Below, one piece after another: positions 38,952 through 52,849 of a DNA stretch of 64,000 bases. This DNA comes from Laetmonice hystrix (lineage: Eukaryota). Location: the NCBI GenBank assembly GCA_965235115.1, contig OZ249436.1:37078001-37142000 (forward strand), in the 5' to 3' direction. Below the pieces are notes generated by a model. The model worked only from the letters and a program-made list of their open reading frames with translations, was not told the DNA's origin and made no database searches. Position 1 is the first letter of the stretch. Each line of letters starts with the position of its first letter. Position numbers and translations under genes: made by a program.

Positions 38952-39429
38952 TGTCTACTTGAGAAAGATATAGTGAGACAAGAGGAATAATCAACTTGTC
39001 TGAACTTGTTATTTTAACGACAGGCAGGACTGTGATCATGTCACATTGGGTGCGCCTTATTCCTTTGTAATCAATGTGGCCAAGGAATTAAGGGCCCTGG
39101 CGTTTTTCATTCGAATATGATGTGGAAATCCTATCTTCAGAGGTTTTATGTACCCACAGTCAAGTTGGAATATCATTTCCACTTGGCATTAAAGCCATCA
39201 ATACAAATGATCTTATTTCATACGTAATTATGCAAGTTGTATAGCAATTGCTGCGATACCACTGAGATACTTGAGGGAAACTTGTCTTTGATATATTGCA
39301 ATCTTACACGTCCATAAATCCGCAAAAGATAAAGCATCTTACATTGTTTCTGGTAGTATTGCATTTAACTTGATATTGGACGCTAGTTAAGACGTAATGG
39401 CTCCATCCATACAACATCTGGGTTACATT

Positions 39430-39551
39430 TCCCCTCGAGCCGGGTGTGATAAAGTTTCTCAGCTACCTGCACTGTTTTCAGTGACACTCCGGTTTCTCCC
39501 ACCAGTAAAACTGACCACCTTGATATGACTCTAGCTATTGCGAAGGCGTTA
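39430..39551 (+). mobile_element. SINE 3' region (RUDI/MetaSINE-like core); the tail resumes at 40362
   Basis: CACTCCGGTTTCTCCCACCAGTAAAACTGACCACCTTGATATGACTCTAGCTATTGCGAAGGCGTTA, homologous to 54005-54257 (minus strand). Confidence 0.65.
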
Positions 39552-39821
39552 CAGGGCCGGATCCGGGGGGGGGGGGGGTTGTGGGGGTTGCAATCCCCCT
39601 CAGAAATCCCCCCCAAAAAAAGAAAAAAAGAAAGAAAAAAGAAAAGAAAAGGAAAACAAAGGTGTCAAATGTTCGTCCTCCAGCCCAGGAACCACAGTGT
39701 CAATCTAGAATCTAAAGCGATAAGTAGCCTAACATTATATATTTCATAAAATAATATTAATTTCGGACTAGATGACTGCAACCCCCCCCCCCCCTTGAAA
39801 AAAATCCTGGATCCGGCCCTG
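39552..39821. mobile_element. hAT-like MITE with 5-bp TSD
   Basis: CGTTA|CAGGGCCGGATCC...GGATCCGGCCCTG|CGTTA. Confidence 0.9.
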
Positions 39822-39827
39822 CGTTAA

Positions 39828-40357
39828 AGGGGCATATTATGAGGAAACGTGAAAAATCGGTATTTCAAAGAACTTTTGCTGTTTTCATAAGGAGATCCTT
39901 CATTAAAATTGCTTGGTAAACAAAGACAGACTTATCAGTTTCATTTTGTGTGAGAAATCGAAGTTTATGAAGCTCCCTTGCCCGCTTTTCTGCCGATTTC
40001 GTAAAATATTTTTTGGGTGGCATTCTGATGCCGGACGATCGAGTGCAGCTGCTGAATTGTTTACAACTAAGCGAAGCACGTGACTAAGCACATGCAGAGA
40101 GTGCACACGCAGGATTTGACACAGTATGCAATTACACGGGTTGATGGGAGGCTGTCTATAGCAAATTATGGCGGGAGATGTGCTATCGGGAGAAATCTAT
40201 AGGTTTGGTCGTATAGAATCTACTTGTGCTGCATACGCAGCGAAAACACGTCGGAGGACAAAATGCTGTGGTAGGATTATTTACTTGGATCCCTAGTACA
40301 CGGTCATGTTGGATAATTGCCGGAAATCATCCAAAACGTGTTTCATAGCATGCCCCT
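39828..40357. mobile_element. TTAA-flanked non-autonomous element (Kolobok-like)
   Basis: TTAA|AGGGGCATATTATGA...TCATAGCATGCCCCT|TTAA. Confidence 0.8.
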
Positions 40358-40727
40358 TTAACGCCCAATCCAACTCGAAATCCAAACACAAAGTTTCTTC
40401 CCACAAGATAATCTCTCTGTCACTAGGCCTACATGTCGCTTCTAATTACACGTGAATAAAAACATCTATATTTAGATTATTAAAGAGCTACGGGAAGTCT
40501 TTGATCATAAAAAATGAAAATTAAACGTTCAGCGAATGATATTCGCCCACACCTAATGTTTTCAGACTAATTACGAAATCAATATTAGAGAATATGATAT
40601 CATTGTTTCATGATTGATTCTTTTCAATATTCCCCTGACTTTCACAATTATTGCATGATATTAATGACGATTAGGCCCATCTACTGGTGGGTTTATACGA
40701 ATGCCTAAACCTTGGTACAACCCAGGG

Positions 40728-41068
40728 TCAGTGAATTGGAGGTTTTACGCCCAGTCGACAGTATTTTAATCATATTTAGGGCGATAGGGACCATTTTAAT
40801 TCAGTCAAGGGACCCATTTTACTCAGGCGGTACGTGATGATGAGGAAGAAGTGAGAAAGAACCCCGCCACCGGGAGGCAATACCGTACTCTTTTAAATAG
40901 GGTCAAGGGTTCTTTTATATGCCAGTCGCACAGACACCGCTGGACATACCAAAGTCAGCTGCGGAGCACTGGGGAGGGTCAGTGAGAAAAATGGTAAATC
41001 CATCTGTGCCACCCCATCTGTCGCCTTTTAAGAACAGCCAGGGGTTGAGCCTAGGATCATGAACCTGG
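40728..41068 (-). mobile_element. SINE-like family A copy
   Basis: Reverse complement is collinear with 55790-56193. Confidence 0.8.
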
Positions 41069-41384
41069 GCAAAGCTGATAAAGATTTCGCATGAAATTTA
41101 TAGGCCAAGTTTGGGTTAAAGGCAAATGAAGGTAAACTGGTTCAAGCAATATAATAGTATGATCCAACAATGCCACTGTAAGGGGACAACTTTAAAAGGA
41201 AGCGAATATAATCATTATGGAATTTATAGGTACTATAGTAAGTAAGCTGGCAGGCAGGCAATATGGAGAATATTTTAACTGAGTCTTGTCTGTTGTCCTA
41301 ATTATGCCTAATTACTCTGCCCAATTTGATTGGTAAAAAGGTTCTTTTATTGGAACTTGTACAGCCATCTAGATAGTTCCCAGT

Positions 41385-41498
41385 CGCCCTGGGACTCGGG
41401 GGTAAAATAGGTCCCTTGACTGAAATAAACGGCCCTATCGCCCTGAATATGACTGAAGTACTGTCGACAGGGCGTAAAATCTCTAATTCACTCACTCA
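41385..41498 (+). mobile_element. SINE-like family A, 3' fragment with (CACT)n tail
   Basis: CCCTTGACTGAAATAAAC...ACTGTCGACAGGGCGTAAAATCTCTAATTCACTCACTCAC. Confidence 0.8.
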
Positions 41499-43877
41499 CA
41501 TAGTTCCCAGTGATGTCTGTCTCCATCTGTCTCTGTCTGTCTCTGTCTCTCTCTTTTATACAATACCGTCATTCAATTGGAAGAGACAAGGATTGGCACC
41601 AAAACCTTATGATTATGTGACTAATGAGCCAAAGACGCACCTTTCTCTGTTAATACCGTCCCTGCCTGAAATGTTTTCTCTGACAACTGGCTGTGTGCTG
41701 TCTGAGTGAGGACTGAAAGCAATTCTATCTGAAAGACAAATCAGTTGGAGAAACCAGGGAGAAATTTAATGACTTCATCTGTCAGAACACGCCATTGTCT
41801 ATAGCTAAAACAATTCAGAAACGGCCCGTCCACGAAACAGCAGTCGAATAGTTTGCAAGTATGAAAAAGCGTAATGGTTTCCTGGTGAATATTTCACGAT
41901 GAATGTAATAGTTAAAGTGCAATTTGTTTGTGTTAATTGAATATCATGTTCTAAAGCAAATAAAAGAGGCGTGTTGAAAGGGTTTTACATTTAAACGTGA
42001 GTAACACTACAACATGACCATGCCTGGGAACCTGTTTGTTGCCGGTATAGAAATAAATGATAATGATAGTGTGAGCCCTCATAAATGAGTGATGGGCTTG
42101 CTATGCCAACATTAGCATCTCATGATGACACTATCTAGTCAAAAAGGGGCAAAACTAGCGATGCCAGACATTATAACTCAGGGTTGGGGCAAGAAGAAGA
42201 AAGCGGGTACATGTATTTTGGAAGCTACTATGGGGCTTCTTTAAACAAAAAGGGGCGCCTCTTGTCACCCCCCCCCCCCCCCCCCATCACAGCACCGTCA
42301 CTGGAGTGCGTCACTTAAGTATCTTAAGAACAAAAGTGCGAATAAACAAGCCATACCAATAGGGCCTACCACAAATTGGCGAAAAGAAAGTGTCAACTTA
42401 AATTAAAATTAGTTTCTGGCAGAACGCAACAAATTCTGTTTTATCAACGCGTCCAATCAAACGCCTATTTTCTCATTTCTTCCTTTTCAACTTTTGAATT
42501 CATTTTCTAAGTAGTTTTCTATTGTTCTTGTCGTTACAAAGTTGCTAGCCCTTCCGCTTATTTGTTTAAAAAAAAGTTCACATCATCATGTATCACAAAT
42601 GGCTATATAATGCGTGTGTATTGAGATTGATATTTGCCTACCGTAATTCTATCCGGTGAAACAAAGTCTCTGCAGGAGTCTCTGCATAAAGCAATGCAGG
42701 AAGTCCAATGGAAATTTATTTTGTTCTAATCGTGTTATGTTTGGCGTTCACGTTTCTTTTAGGATAGGTACATTTGTTAAGCAGATATGTTGCCAATAAT
42801 ATTTAAAACTACCCCGTGGGAATATTCACAACTTGAAGCACAAAATGCATAGACATTAATCAAGTCTACCGGTAAATATGGCAATCGTGTCCATAATCTA
42901 CCTCTAAAAGACCCGAAGGCATACCTTCTGATTCGCTTGACTGATTTTGATGAAATAAAGACTATTTACCCCGTAGGAAGATTCTCCCTCGGAACCCGGG
43001 GACATATTTCGGCATTTCTGGGGGGACACCCTGTTTAGCACTCTTCAGCACCGAAAACAACAAATTGCCAGAGGCAGTTCGAAGTTCTTTGTTCTATCAA
43101 AAAGGGACACATTTTGTTGAAAAGAGCACCTACTTGTTAAAAAAGGATCCCCCTACAGCCCTATTATCATTTGTAATCGTTTTGTACCGGACTCCTATTA
43201 TGTGAGTAATAGAGATAGGAGTTGGTCCAAGCGATCTGGGTTTCAATTAGTGTTGCTTTCCATTAAGGAACAGTTTACAAGCGGTTTCCGCTGTTTAGGA
43301 TCTTCTGTTTAAGACTGATCAACCACAAAAAATATCCTATCGATCTTGTTCTATCGAAACGATTGTACGTAAGACGGACTAAATGTAACCGGTTACACGT
43401 AACAAAACTACATTTTGAACATGATATGGCACGCAAAATCGGCATTGTAAGCACCTGGATAACTCCTGAAATCTGTCACCAGATAGGGTACGTTATACCA
43501 TAGCACAAAGGCGACTGGAGAAATCAAAGGATTTTACCTCCCTCTCTAATCTTGATCAAAGGTATCTTATGTCACCAGTGTCAACCTCTTCACCGCTGCA
43601 CCCAGCAGAAATAAAATATCAGTAGTATAGCTGAACACTATAGCATAAAGATCGACGAATGTGGTGTAATGCGTACATGGCGGGGGGCGCTGTTAACAGT
43701 AGCGTCGGAAGATCACTTTTTTAGGGGGGAGGGCTGAAGTCAGCTTGGGCCAAGTCTGGCCCTGTTCTGGCCCACTCGTTGACAAAATAGGCCGATAAAT
43801 ATGGCTGAGTGAGTTTCAGCGGAGGGGGGCTCCACCCCCTACTTGGAACACAGGGGGGGGGAATCCTCCCTTGGGGG

Positions 43878-44010
43878 GTGAGTGAGTGAGGGGGAGTGAG
43901 TGAGTAAGTGAATTGGAGGTTGTACGCCCTGTCGACAGTATTCCAGCCATATTCAGGGCTATAAGAATAATTTAATTCAGTCAAGGGGCCTATTTTACCG
44001 CCTAGCCCCA
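43878..44010 (-). mobile_element. SINE-like family A, 3' fragment
   Basis: GTGAGTGAG...GTGAATTGGAGGTTGTACGCCCTGTCGACAGTATT...ATTCAGTCAAGGG. Confidence 0.8.
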
Positions 44011-45959
44011 GAGAGTAGAAGTAGGCCTACACCAAAAATGTCCTTTTTTCATGTAGACTCTATTCCTTCTGTCTGACGATAGTGATGATGATGACATTTT
44101 GTCAAAAAGACGGTAAACGGTCTAGGTTACTCTTTATTTAAGCTATATATTATGCAGTAATCAGGTAACGACTGCTTCGCCTGTAACAGCTGAAAGCAAA
44201 ACTTTTTGACTTTTTGCTTACTTTACCAACTCATCTGTTTCATTTGGCTTCCACTCTCGAAGCTTCCAATATCAATACTTTGACATCTGTCATTCGATCT
44301 GTTTGGCCCTTTCCGATTACAAAACTCTCGATTGCCTATATAGGCCAATCGCTGTGGGATGAAAGCGTAAGAAGCTCTGTCACTGTCAAGACAACACGTA
44401 ATATAAGGTTTTCCTGTATACAGCTGTCATCTTCTGAACTTTATATTGGTGGCAAGACGTAAGAGCTAATGAACTATCTGGAGCGTGCAGACAGACGTTA
44501 TTCACTCTGCCACTTACAATTAGCGTCCCAGACGAGAAACACAATGACAAATACCTATTTACCCATTTATGACAAATACTCCTGTTTTACAGCGCATGCA
44601 AGGGTGTCATCAACAGTCTAGGAAACAAATAGTTGTGCATAAAGTTTGGTGGAGTAGCTGGCTTCGACTCACAGGATATTATTTCTTTCAATCAAAATTT
44701 TATAACTGCTGAATGCCAATAGAGGCTCAACAAATATTAAAAAAACCCGTCAGTGCGAATCTATACCCAATATAGGGCCTTACTGCCGCCTAGCTGCATG
44801 CATGTCTGGTTCATTGTCTGAGCAGTACTACGTAGGATAAAGTGTTTTTGACATTCATGGCACATGGCGTGTAGAATGTGTCTGGCCTTCAGGGCTACAG
44901 TCGCTATTATGTTTTATATCAGGATTTGTGGATCGCACCAACACAAGTACAAATTGTTAATGAAAATCATTTGTCATAATGTACCTATAATCTGAATCTC
45001 TTATCCTTACTACTTCTGACAGAGGATTTCCCCTTTTTTTTCTTCGCTAAAGATATGCGAAGATAAATAACTTCTTTTTTTCCATTATAAAGCAACTCGG
45101 TACATCCGCGCTTCGGATTTAACTTTGTTTGAGTGAGCAAGAAAGTGCTACTAGTTTTGCACAGTGTCCGCAAGTGAAGCGGCGACATCATGGGGACGCT
45201 AAAATGGGGTGAACAATGGACCTTTTGTCTCCTGTGTCCCCAAGGAAAGCCGCGCATTAGAACACATATTGGCAACAAAGGGCCTAATTAGAGATGCGGA
45301 TGTTACCTTAACTTCGTGTTTTAAAGGTAATTAGGAAGGATCGACTAGAGAAAACAATGCTATTTCAATCCTGTTTCTATTATTTATAGCTCAGAATGAT
45401 GTATCGCTCCGTTGCAATTGATGCACACTCATTCTGGGCATGTTGATGCATTCGATCGAAATTCAGATAAGTACCTCATGCCCAAAGTTTTCATTAGGCT
45501 CCACTGTCCAACGGTCAAACGCTTTAGAGCGTGGCATGTCGTGCAGCACTCAATCATTACAGATAATAGCAATGATTTTGCAGTGGTATCGCACGATATT
45601 TCTTACGACATATCATCGATCAAGAAGCGCATACGTACTGTTAGGTCCTTGTCAGAATTAACCGATGTTCCTCTACAAGAGACGAATTCTGACGACAGGT
45701 TGATATCTGGATGGAATGGTAAATGATCGAATCCATACCGAACATGTGGCAAGTAATCAGCAGCCTTGTCAACCGCTTATCATCCCGGTAAAAGAATGAC
45801 TCAAGAGTTGTGCAGCTCGTCCAATAGTCAATTTGCAAAAATGATTCAAGTGGTGATTTTACCGCTATATTCAAGGAGAAAGGCAGAACATTCATAAAAT
45901 GTTCATTCTAGGTAGGACCTGAGGGGGTTATGCGGGGGACATGCATCTAAATATAATAT

Positions 45960-46117
45960 CAGTAGTGTAGGAAGGAAAAAAATATTGGGGGGGGCAGAAG
46001 TGACGTCACAATGACTTACGCCTATGCTTTTGCATTGAGCCATGCGGTCATTTTATAAATATTGGGGAGGGGGGGGGGGGCAGCAGCCCCCTCTGCCCCC
46101 AGCTTCCTACGCCCCTG
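45960..46117. mobile_element. hAT-like MITE with 5-bp TSD
   Basis: AATAT|CAGTAGTGTAGGAAG...CTTCCTACGCCCCTG|AATAT. Confidence 0.8.
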
Positions 46118-47454
46118 AATATGGCATACAGATTACTGGTTGACTTTTTTGTTTTTATATCATGGCACTCTATGAGGTTTAAGACATAATTACTTTTAAT
46201 GTAATAACCCATACACCTGAGGCATTGGCTTCACATTTACATTACCAGTTAATGCTCACATACACAAAGGATACAGAAACAATAACCTTTCTACGTGTGT
46301 GCACCTGGCTCAAATGCGCGGACGAGATTCAGAACACGCCATCGTGTCTGTCAATAGCAACGATGCATCAGCTACCCCTAATTGTTCGTCCCATCCAACC
46401 AGAATAACACGGATCCATCAGGTCAATTATAGGTTGTTCGATTCCCGAGCCCTGGTACACAATCTCAACAATTGGAGCTGACATACCATCTAATGTACTC
46501 GCTGGAACTTGCACGAACAATAGGTACCACCTCGATTGTGCATTTGTAGCAGTGATTCTGACCTTTCCCTACATCATGAAGGAGAGATATTTGACGACTG
46601 TAGCACAAACAACGGCTCTTGGTCGGGGAACACAAAATACAAAACCGATAAACTGATTAGATGTTGACTACTGAAGTTACGCCTTACAAAGTTAAGCCTT
46701 TTATTAAACTTTGAACATTTCCACAGCGGAGTATAATAATAGTGGAAGTTGAGGTAAGGCTTGCCATAAATCGACTCTTACCTTCAACCGGTAAACGTAT
46801 ACACTTTACAGATTTGCATGCGTCGTGAGTTTCCGTTGGTGGTTAATGTATCACTCATCTCCGCCTACTCCACACTTTTCAGGCGGGTTTACCGTCCGCT
46901 TGCGTTTCGATCGCCATGTGTACGCTTCTGTTATCCAGTTCGCTGTTCGTTTAGAGTACTGCACAAAACGTTTGCGCAAGTCTTTCGTCTGACACTCGTC
47001 CCAATTACATATTGATTACAAAATATTATACCTCGTCTAATTCCGGCCACACTACTGAAGGTTGACAAACAAAACAAAACAACCATAATAAGTTGTGGTC
47101 GATATGCGCTTAATTTGTTGAGGCTATCTTCAAATAATCCTTTAGGGCCCCTTTACACACACGGAGATCGTTGGGTGTGTTACGGCATATATTGTCGCCG
47201 TGCATATTTTGTCGCCGGCGACAATATGTGCTACTGGGCGGCAATATATGTCATGAACATTGTCATATATTGTCGCCGGCAACACTATATGCACGGCGAA
47301 AATATATTCCGTAACAGGGTAACCGTTGAGCCATCAACAAATGGCCCGATCTCTCAACGATCTCCTAAAGCCTCGAAAAAGCCGTTTCTGCGTAAATGTT
47401 TGGGAGATCCTTGTGCGCTCGTTGTGCGATCAAAAATGCAATTTTCGCCAACTC

Positions 47455-47560
47455 GATGCATGGCGCATGGATACGGCACTCCACCTTCAGTGTCGTGTAG
47501 CCATGCGCCAGGCATCTGTTCCATACTTGGCGCCGTAAAGGAGCCTCATCCCGTTATGTG
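47455..47560. repeat. Dispersed palindromic repeat family, copy 2
   Basis: Hairpin GATGCATGGCGCATGG...CCATGCGCCAGGCATC, with a flank shared with 5600-5645 and 49320-49350. Confidence 0.65.
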
Positions 47561-49239
47561 TTTGTATGAAACACGCGTTCCATACGGACCACCGTATGGT
47601 ACGTCTCGGAATGACACTAGCAGATATAATGCTCATAATAAAAACACTAATTTACTCACAAATCACCAAATGTGATTGGTATAGCCCTTGCCTTCGTTTA
47701 ATTCATCATAATCGATATTGTACTCGATGTTTCGAACAAACGTTGTAGTGACTGTAAATTAAAATTTGCTTAGAACAGCTATAATGCATCGCCTGTACAC
47801 TTGACTGGTTACGTGCAGTAAGTTATCGACGACCTCCTTCATTCAGAGTGAGCCTGCCTCGAGTATCAGAAACTATTAGACTACCGCGACTCTTGTTTCT
47901 ATCTTTTTTCTTTTTTTACAAAACCGGCCAGGACCTGACGGCGAGACATTCAATCTAGATTTTTTTGTACTCTACAGAAAATTATTATGATACTTCCCAG
48001 CAGACACAAAGCGTACTGGTAGACATAAAATCTGTATAATGGATGTGCCATTCACAGTTGTTTATCCTTAATTAAGGCTGATGTTTACCACCAGGGTCTG
48101 GAAACACAGGCGACCCGCCCCGACTGCCATATCGATGGCTTCAAATCTCTTCATCAAAGAAGACGTACGCACTTTCTGCAGTGCATTCATGGTCAGTGCA
48201 TCTAATCAGAGGCGATCTTTAGAGGAACTTCTGTCACTCCTACATCAAAATAAGGAAACTTTGTGTTTCAGGAGGGTAAAAGTTCTATTCGGTTATAGAA
48301 ATGTCTATTCAAAAACAAAATTAGTATTATATAGGGTGTCTGATAAAAGAAGCAAAACCATATTTACATGAGTCTACTCTGAACTCCTACATATTAGAGG
48401 AAATCTGTTTCCAAGGACATTGGTCTTTATTTCACCCTGGCAGGTCAATCCGTTCAGGAATTAGATCATTTTTCTGTTCAGGAGAATCACCTTTTTGGTA
48501 GGTAGGCAAGCGACAGTCATCGGTTTAAACATTACATTTCTTTATCATTATGGTCAAGTGATCATCACACTACATGTTTATTGATTTTTTCAAACTAGAA
48601 TTTATTCTTTTTTTCACTTTATTAATAAATTGTTCGATTTATGTTGCATTCATTTGGTGACATTATTCCTTTTCACTTTGATTCAGAAGTAAAATGTTTA
48701 ATTAGCCGATCTGGTTGGCCTTTCTGAATTTATATTTTTATGTTATGATGTGGACAATTTTGTATTCTCCCAGGCATGTATACTTGCAAAATCAGAACAG
48801 CAATATTTCAATGTGTAAATTAATCATATGTTTGTAACTGGCGGAAAATAATAAAGACCTTGCTTCTGTTGATGTTTCTTTTTGCTCTCGACAATGGAAG
48901 GTAGCCAGTTGGCTTTTTGTGTAACTACAAAGAGTTTCAGATTGGTGCTCGCTTTTCACCGGATCAGCTTTCAACTGGTCTTATATCTTAAAGGTTACCG
49001 ATCGTGCGTCCTTGCTAAATCAGAATCCTGACCTTTAAACATTATTACCATATGGCAATATCCTGCCACTATTACAGGCAGTTGTTTAACTTTTCAGGTT
49101 CTATTTAAAAGAGATCAGCTGTATATGCTTCGAAAAAGAAAGTTCATTCAAAGAGGTATTAAATACACGAAGGGTGACTGGCATATCTGAACATGTGCAA
49201 TATAAATTTAAATTTCATAAGGAATGTAATGTATAAACA

Positions 49240-49350
49240 CGTAACGGGATGAGTGTCCTTCACTGCAAGAAAGAGATGGAACGAGATGGTGGAGTGCCGT
49301 ATTCATGCGCCAGGCATCTCGTTCCATACTTTCCCGCAGTGAAGGACCCG
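49240..49350. repeat. Dispersed palindromic repeat family, copy 3
   Basis: Arms GTCCTTCACTGC..ATGGAACGAGATG and CATCTCGTTCCAT..GCAGTGAAGGAC. Confidence 0.65.
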
Positions 49351-50694
49351 TGTTTGTTATATGCGCTCGGATTTTTGGAAATTTGAAGAACAGAGCCAAC
49401 AGTAAACAATACTTAACAACAAATAAGCGTCTATATCCACGGGGCCACAGGACGGAGCGGTTTGTTAAGTTGACACCCTCCTCCCCCGATTTTTTCTACA
49501 CGGTGCCCACAAAGTGGTAGCAATCTGAGGGGGTGGGGCCTGCTGTTGGAACAGCCTATCGTAATTTATAATACATGTTACGGCGCTTCCATATGACCTC
49601 ATGGTTAACGTTTCATCTCCCCGTAACGTGTACAATCAAATCAGTCCATACGAAACAGGCGTTCCATGGCGTCCCCTGAATGTCACTGGCAGACAGAATG
49701 CGCATAGGCCTAGGCCTATATAATAAATGTCGCAAAGGCCCATTCCAAGTACTACCTAATGCAACAGGTACTCCCTTCTCAGGAGGGAGTTCACCCAATC
49801 ACGGGGACACCGATGCTGACACATATCACACTAAGGGCATCTGTCTATAGATGTCGATCTCTGTATCGGCTGTGGTATGAATATTGGAACTATACTCTGT
49901 TGTATGTCAGCATCAACTCGGTCAGCATCAACACCTTTACCCACTCTAGGCAGACATACAGTGACATATCTATTGCTCCTCGGCAGCCTGCTATACCTTT
50001 GTCTCGTGAGACCTTGCCCTTCCCATCCAACCGGAAATTTGATTCATCTTCATCACCACCAATCATTTAGGTCAAGATGGCAGCATTTTTGAAGTTTCTG
50101 ACTTTTCTGATTTGCCCTCTAGGGCAATGTTTCTAGCGCGGAAGCCTCCTTTCAGACTCCAGATGTATTTGTGACTATTACTCATTTTTTAATATCAAGT
50201 CAGAATGAGCAGATAATAATTCTTTGTACAATTTATTTCCCTAGTCATGCAGTGACTCCTAGCTTTTATTAAATCGAGGCAATCAATGAGATATTTTTTG
50301 TGCTAAAAAATCCCAGTTATCCTATAAGGTTATGGCATTAATCTTGATCTATTATAGGATGAAAATCTTTGTTTGCAGAAGCAGGCAGATTGTTAGAAAG
50401 GGGAGAAAGCGCCATTTCAGTCTCCCAGGTCGTAATGGGCTGAACCTGGTCAAATTCCCATATGGAATTAAGGCCCTCGAAACATTGCCTCTGAATTTGA
50501 CTTTCCTGGAAATCCACAACCCTCTTGAAAGCCAGTGGGATATCATAATTCGTCTGTTCTGTTAAAATATGGGCCTTCGATGCAACTTATAATTCTTCAT
50601 CTGAATCAAACCGAAATAATGTCGGCAAGATGGAACAATCTGAGGTCCCATTAATGAAAAAGTTTTAAACATCCTATTCACTCGGTCACTATCA

Positions 50695-50935
50695 TACGAA
50701 AGCCAGGTTGGGGACATAAAAAAAATTCGTATCATAAGTCGTAGTATAACGAGTTAATAATGTCACTAAGTCGTAATAACGACGTCACTAAATCGTTATT
50801 ACGGGATCTTCGCAATTTTCCTCGCGAATCGTAATAACGTAATAGTGACGTCACTAAATCGTTATTACGAGATCTCTACAAATTAGTTTTCATGATACGA
50901 ATAATTCTTCTTCATGTCCCCAACCGGACTCCGTA
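50695..50935. mobile_element. MITE with TAC...GTA ends (IS3EU-like)
   Basis: TACGAAAGCCAGGTTGGGGACAT...ATGTCCCCAACCGGACTCCGTA, with internal TCGTAATAAC/GTTATTACG repeats. The 6-bp flanks match at only 4 of 6 positions. Confidence 0.6.
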
Positions 50936-51807
50936 CAATTACGTACTTTTGCCGTTAAACTCACTTTCCCCGACACCATACGACAACCTCCCGCCCCCTC
51001 CCAACCGCGGACACATTTTTGGGGAGCCTTAATTTGATACACCCCGGTGTTTTGGAACGCAATGACGAAGGAACCAAGAAAAGAATCTATTTCCTGCAAA
51101 GATCGATATATTTCCATGAAGGTCGGTAATAACTTTTGATGTGGCTTATGATCAACACCTTAGTGGGATCCGACAGCAGAGGGCCGACTTTATTGCATCC
51201 AGACCGAGGGGCAGGTGTTGAATGGTGCTACGACCTTATATGGCATAATGGACAAGGGCATACGTTAAGGTTGATATAAATCTTTCCAATGTGAATCTCT
51301 ATCCCCGGGGCGACAGAATCTGTGGTTGTATATATAACCCCCTGAAGGGCGAAATTGTGCCTTTACATTTTAGATGTCGAACGCCGACCATCTAGATGTG
51401 ATCACGTTCAATGTCGTTAATATTAGCCTTATCAACACTGCCTTCTCTCTATCCTTGCCTGCGGCTCGCGTTCTCAGATAGTATCTTTTCGACAGATCTA
51501 CCAGGAATTTACTTTTATGAAGTCAAAACTCTGAGAATAGTCCATGAGCCAGATAGGTTGATCGGTACCAGTTTGGGGGGCAAATTGTCACTAGTACCAT
51601 CTTGTAGTACTACCCAAAGGTAAATAAATTTGGTATGATAGACATTCCAAAGTAGTAGCTTAATCACTGTTTTACAGTGTTACATTTTACCAAGATATGC
51701 CCCCATTAATACAAAGGATTTAGCTTATAACACTCGTAACCATGTATCAGGAATGGCCATAACGGGTTCTATACTTCCTATGAAGCATAGAATTACTTCC
51801 TATCCAA

Positions 51808-52038
51808 CAGGGGCGGATCCAGGATTTTGGAAAGGGGGGGGGGGCGGTTGAAAAGGGGGGCTGAGCCCTGCTAGGGGGGTCCGGGGGCATGCTCCCCGGA
51901 AATTTTGAACATTTATAGAGTCTCTGAAATGGTATTTCCTGCATTTTGAGGAAGCAAAATGTTTGCTTTTACAGTTGCAAACAACAAAATTTTGCCTTTT
52001 TTCTGATTGGTACCCCTCGCCCCCTAAATCCGCCCCTG
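51808..52038. mobile_element. hAT-like MITE with 5-bp TSD
   Basis: TCCAA|CAGGGGCGGAT...ATCCGCCCCTG|TCCAA. Confidence 0.9.
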
Positions 52039-52155
52039 TCCAATATTATTTGGTGTAAGATTCAGATAAAATTTGTATTTGCATCTCGGAGATTTACTTT
52101 TGTATCATTTTGGATGATAGTACATGAATTCAATATGAAATTTTCCGTCTGGTTA

Positions 52156-52809
52156 AGCTGTATCCTCACTGGACGCGAGCGACGCGCGCGTTTTTTTTAG
52201 AAGTAATGGAAATGAATTGAGCCATCTGCACTGGCCGCGCGCGACGCGCGCGACATTTTTTGTGACGCGCGCGTCGCGACACAGATAGGACTGGTTCTAT
52301 TTTTGTCGCGCTACGCTCGCGACAAAAGACATCTTGACCAATCAAAAGTGAGATCTACGACCTTGAACTTTGTTCAAGAGTGTCAAGAGACTAATATACA
52401 CCTATACACGCCTATAGCCTACTCATTTTTAATTAATTTTAACACTGACGGTGTATCTCATGGAAGCCCCGAGCTATTATGTAGGCCTATAGGCCTACCT
52501 CTAGAACTCTCATTCAAGAGCATGGCTTTAATTCGTAATGCAAACAATTATGAATTGCTTTCCTGTGCCCCCTCCCCCTTTAGGCTTTAGTGATATCCTG
52601 GACCCGCAATTGATAGACGGGCATAATGTAAATACCTCTATGTTCCTAGGCCCGTAGCCTATACGCAGACGTATCACGCGCATCTGGTGAAGATAGAAAA
52701 AATATCGCGTCGCATTACTTCTATTTTTTGTGACGCGCTCCATTCATTTCCATTACTTTAAAAAACGCGCGCGTCGCTCGCGTCGCACGCGTCCAGTGAG
52801 GATACAGCT
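52156..52809. mobile_element. PIF/Harbinger-like MITE
   Basis: TTA|AGCTGTATCCTCACTGGACGCG...CGCGTCCAGTGAGGATACAGCT|TCA, with long imperfect inverted arms. Confidence 0.85.
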
Positions 52810-52849
52810 TCAGCCCTTTCCTACGAAGACGCTGGCATTAATACAAAGA

